NCBI GenBank assembly: GCA_963695555.1
Contig: CAVOGR010000001.1
Location: 512,001-576,000 of the forward strand
Length of the DNA stretch: 64,000 nucleotides
Origin: an uncultured Gemmatimonadales bacterium
Lineage (GTDB): Bacteria; Gemmatimonadota; Gemmatimonadetes; Gemmatimonadales; GWC2-71-9
Direction of reading: 5' to 3'
The position numbers were made by a program, and so were the translations under genes. Positions 63,071 to 64,000 of this stretch are shown here, one piece after another (position 1 is the first letter of the stretch; every line of letters begins with the position of its first letter). The notes under the pieces were generated by a model that searched no databases, was not told where the DNA came from, and was given only the letters and a program-made list of their open reading frames with translations.

Positions 63071-63853
63071 CTAGCGCCCCTTGAAGGCCGCCGACCGCTT
63101 CTCCAGGAACGCCGCCATACCCTCCCGCATGTCCTCGGTCGAGGCGATTAGGCCGAAGTGGTTGGCCTCGAGCAGCGAACTCTCATCCACGCTCAAGTCG
63201 AGCCCGGTGTCCACGGCTTCGAGGCAGAGCCGGACCGCGATGGGTCCGTTTGCCAGAATGCGCCGCAACAGCTTCTCGGCCTGGGGCATCAACTCGTCGG
63301 CCGGCACCACCCGGTTGACCAAACCGATGCGATAGGCCTCCTGGGCGTCGATCATGTCGCCCGTGAGCAGGAGCTCCAAGGCCCGGCCCTTGCCGACCAG
63401 GCGCGGCAGCCGAACCGTGCCGCCGTATCCCGGGCCGATGCCCAGCTTGACCTCCGGCTGGCCAAACTTGGCATTCTCGCTGGCCAAACGAAAATGGCAC
63501 GCCATGGCCAGCTCGCAGCCGCCACCCAATGCGAACCCGTTGACCGCGGCGATTACCGGTTTGCCGCAGCGTTCGAGGCGGCGAAACACCGCCTGACCGG
63601 CCAGCGATCGCTCCTTTCCCGAGAGCGGTCCCTGGGTGGCCAACTCGGCGATGTCCGCCCCGGCAACGAAGGCCTTGGGCCCGGCTCCGGTGACGAGCAC
63701 GCCGCGAATTGTGTCATCGGTTTCGATCGTGGCCACGGCATCACTCAGCTCCTCGATCACGGCATCATTCAAGGCATTGAGCTTGTCCGGGCGGTTGATC
63801 GTAAGGGTGGCGATCCCTTCGTTGGTCTCGAACTGTATCACAGAGAATGGCAT
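63071..63853 (-). CDS. Enoyl-CoA hydratase (crotonase family)
   Basis: INRPDKLNAL, AFVAGADI, ALGGGCE, FGQPE. Confidence 0.95.
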   Translation of the reverse strand: MPFSVIQFETNEGIATLTINRPDKLNALNDAVIEELSDAVATIETDDTIRGVLVTGAGPKAFVAGADIAELATQGPLSGKERSLAGQAVFRRLERCGKPVIAAVNGFALGGGCELAMACHFRLASENAKFGQPEVKLGIGPGYGGTVRLPRLVGKGRALELLLTGDMIDAQEAYRIGLVNRVVPADELMPQAEKLLRRILANGPIAVRLCLEAVDTGLDLSVDESSLLEANHFGLIASTEDMREGMAAFLEKRSAAFKGR

Positions 63854-64000
63854 GACGACACCGTGGCTGGGGTGTTGGAGTGTTGGTATCTACGACAGGC
63901 CGGGCAAGGCACCGGACTGAAAGATAGATGATGTTAACTTTGGTGACCCAAGTCCGCTTTTGTCCCTCCTCGGATTGAGTGATCGATGGCTTCGATACTC

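Overview
GC-rich bacterial chromosomal segment, densely coding, with no rRNA, tRNA, CRISPR array or mobile element that I could detect. Gene content and style (TPR-tailed Ser/Thr kinase, RCC1 and Ig-like lipoproteins, standalone V4R/GAF proteins) suggest Gemmatimonadota; this is an inference. Contents from left to right: (1) a sigma54 two-component pair and mscL; (2) a fasciclin lipoprotein gene under a near-consensus sigma70 promoter overlapped by CarH/LitR-like TnnACA repeats; (3) an RCC1 lipoprotein, then an SBP-like protein/histidine kinase/sigma54 activator module with enhancer palindromes and a -24/-12 promoter in front of a TPR lipoprotein; (4) PhzF and an Opp/Dpp ABC transporter; (5) gcvH-gcvP-lipoate ligase, coaE, tdk, HU and a catalytically degenerate DEAD-box-like protein; (6) an archaeal-style nurA-herA-mre11(sbcD)-rad50(sbcC) operon ending in a GNAT gene; (7) a 48-aa membrane protein missed by the ORF track and a free-standing 6S-like RNA with its own promoter and terminator; (8) a PTPS-II/folE/SDR pterin operon; (9) assorted housekeeping genes (acyl-CoA ligase, ligA, pdp); (10) a Rieske/cytochrome b complex with two multiheme c cytochromes, carrying about 12 clustered indels that are probably sequencing errors; (11) recF-dciA-gyrB detached from dnaA/dnaN. 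All product calls come from motif recognition by eye, not from database searches.
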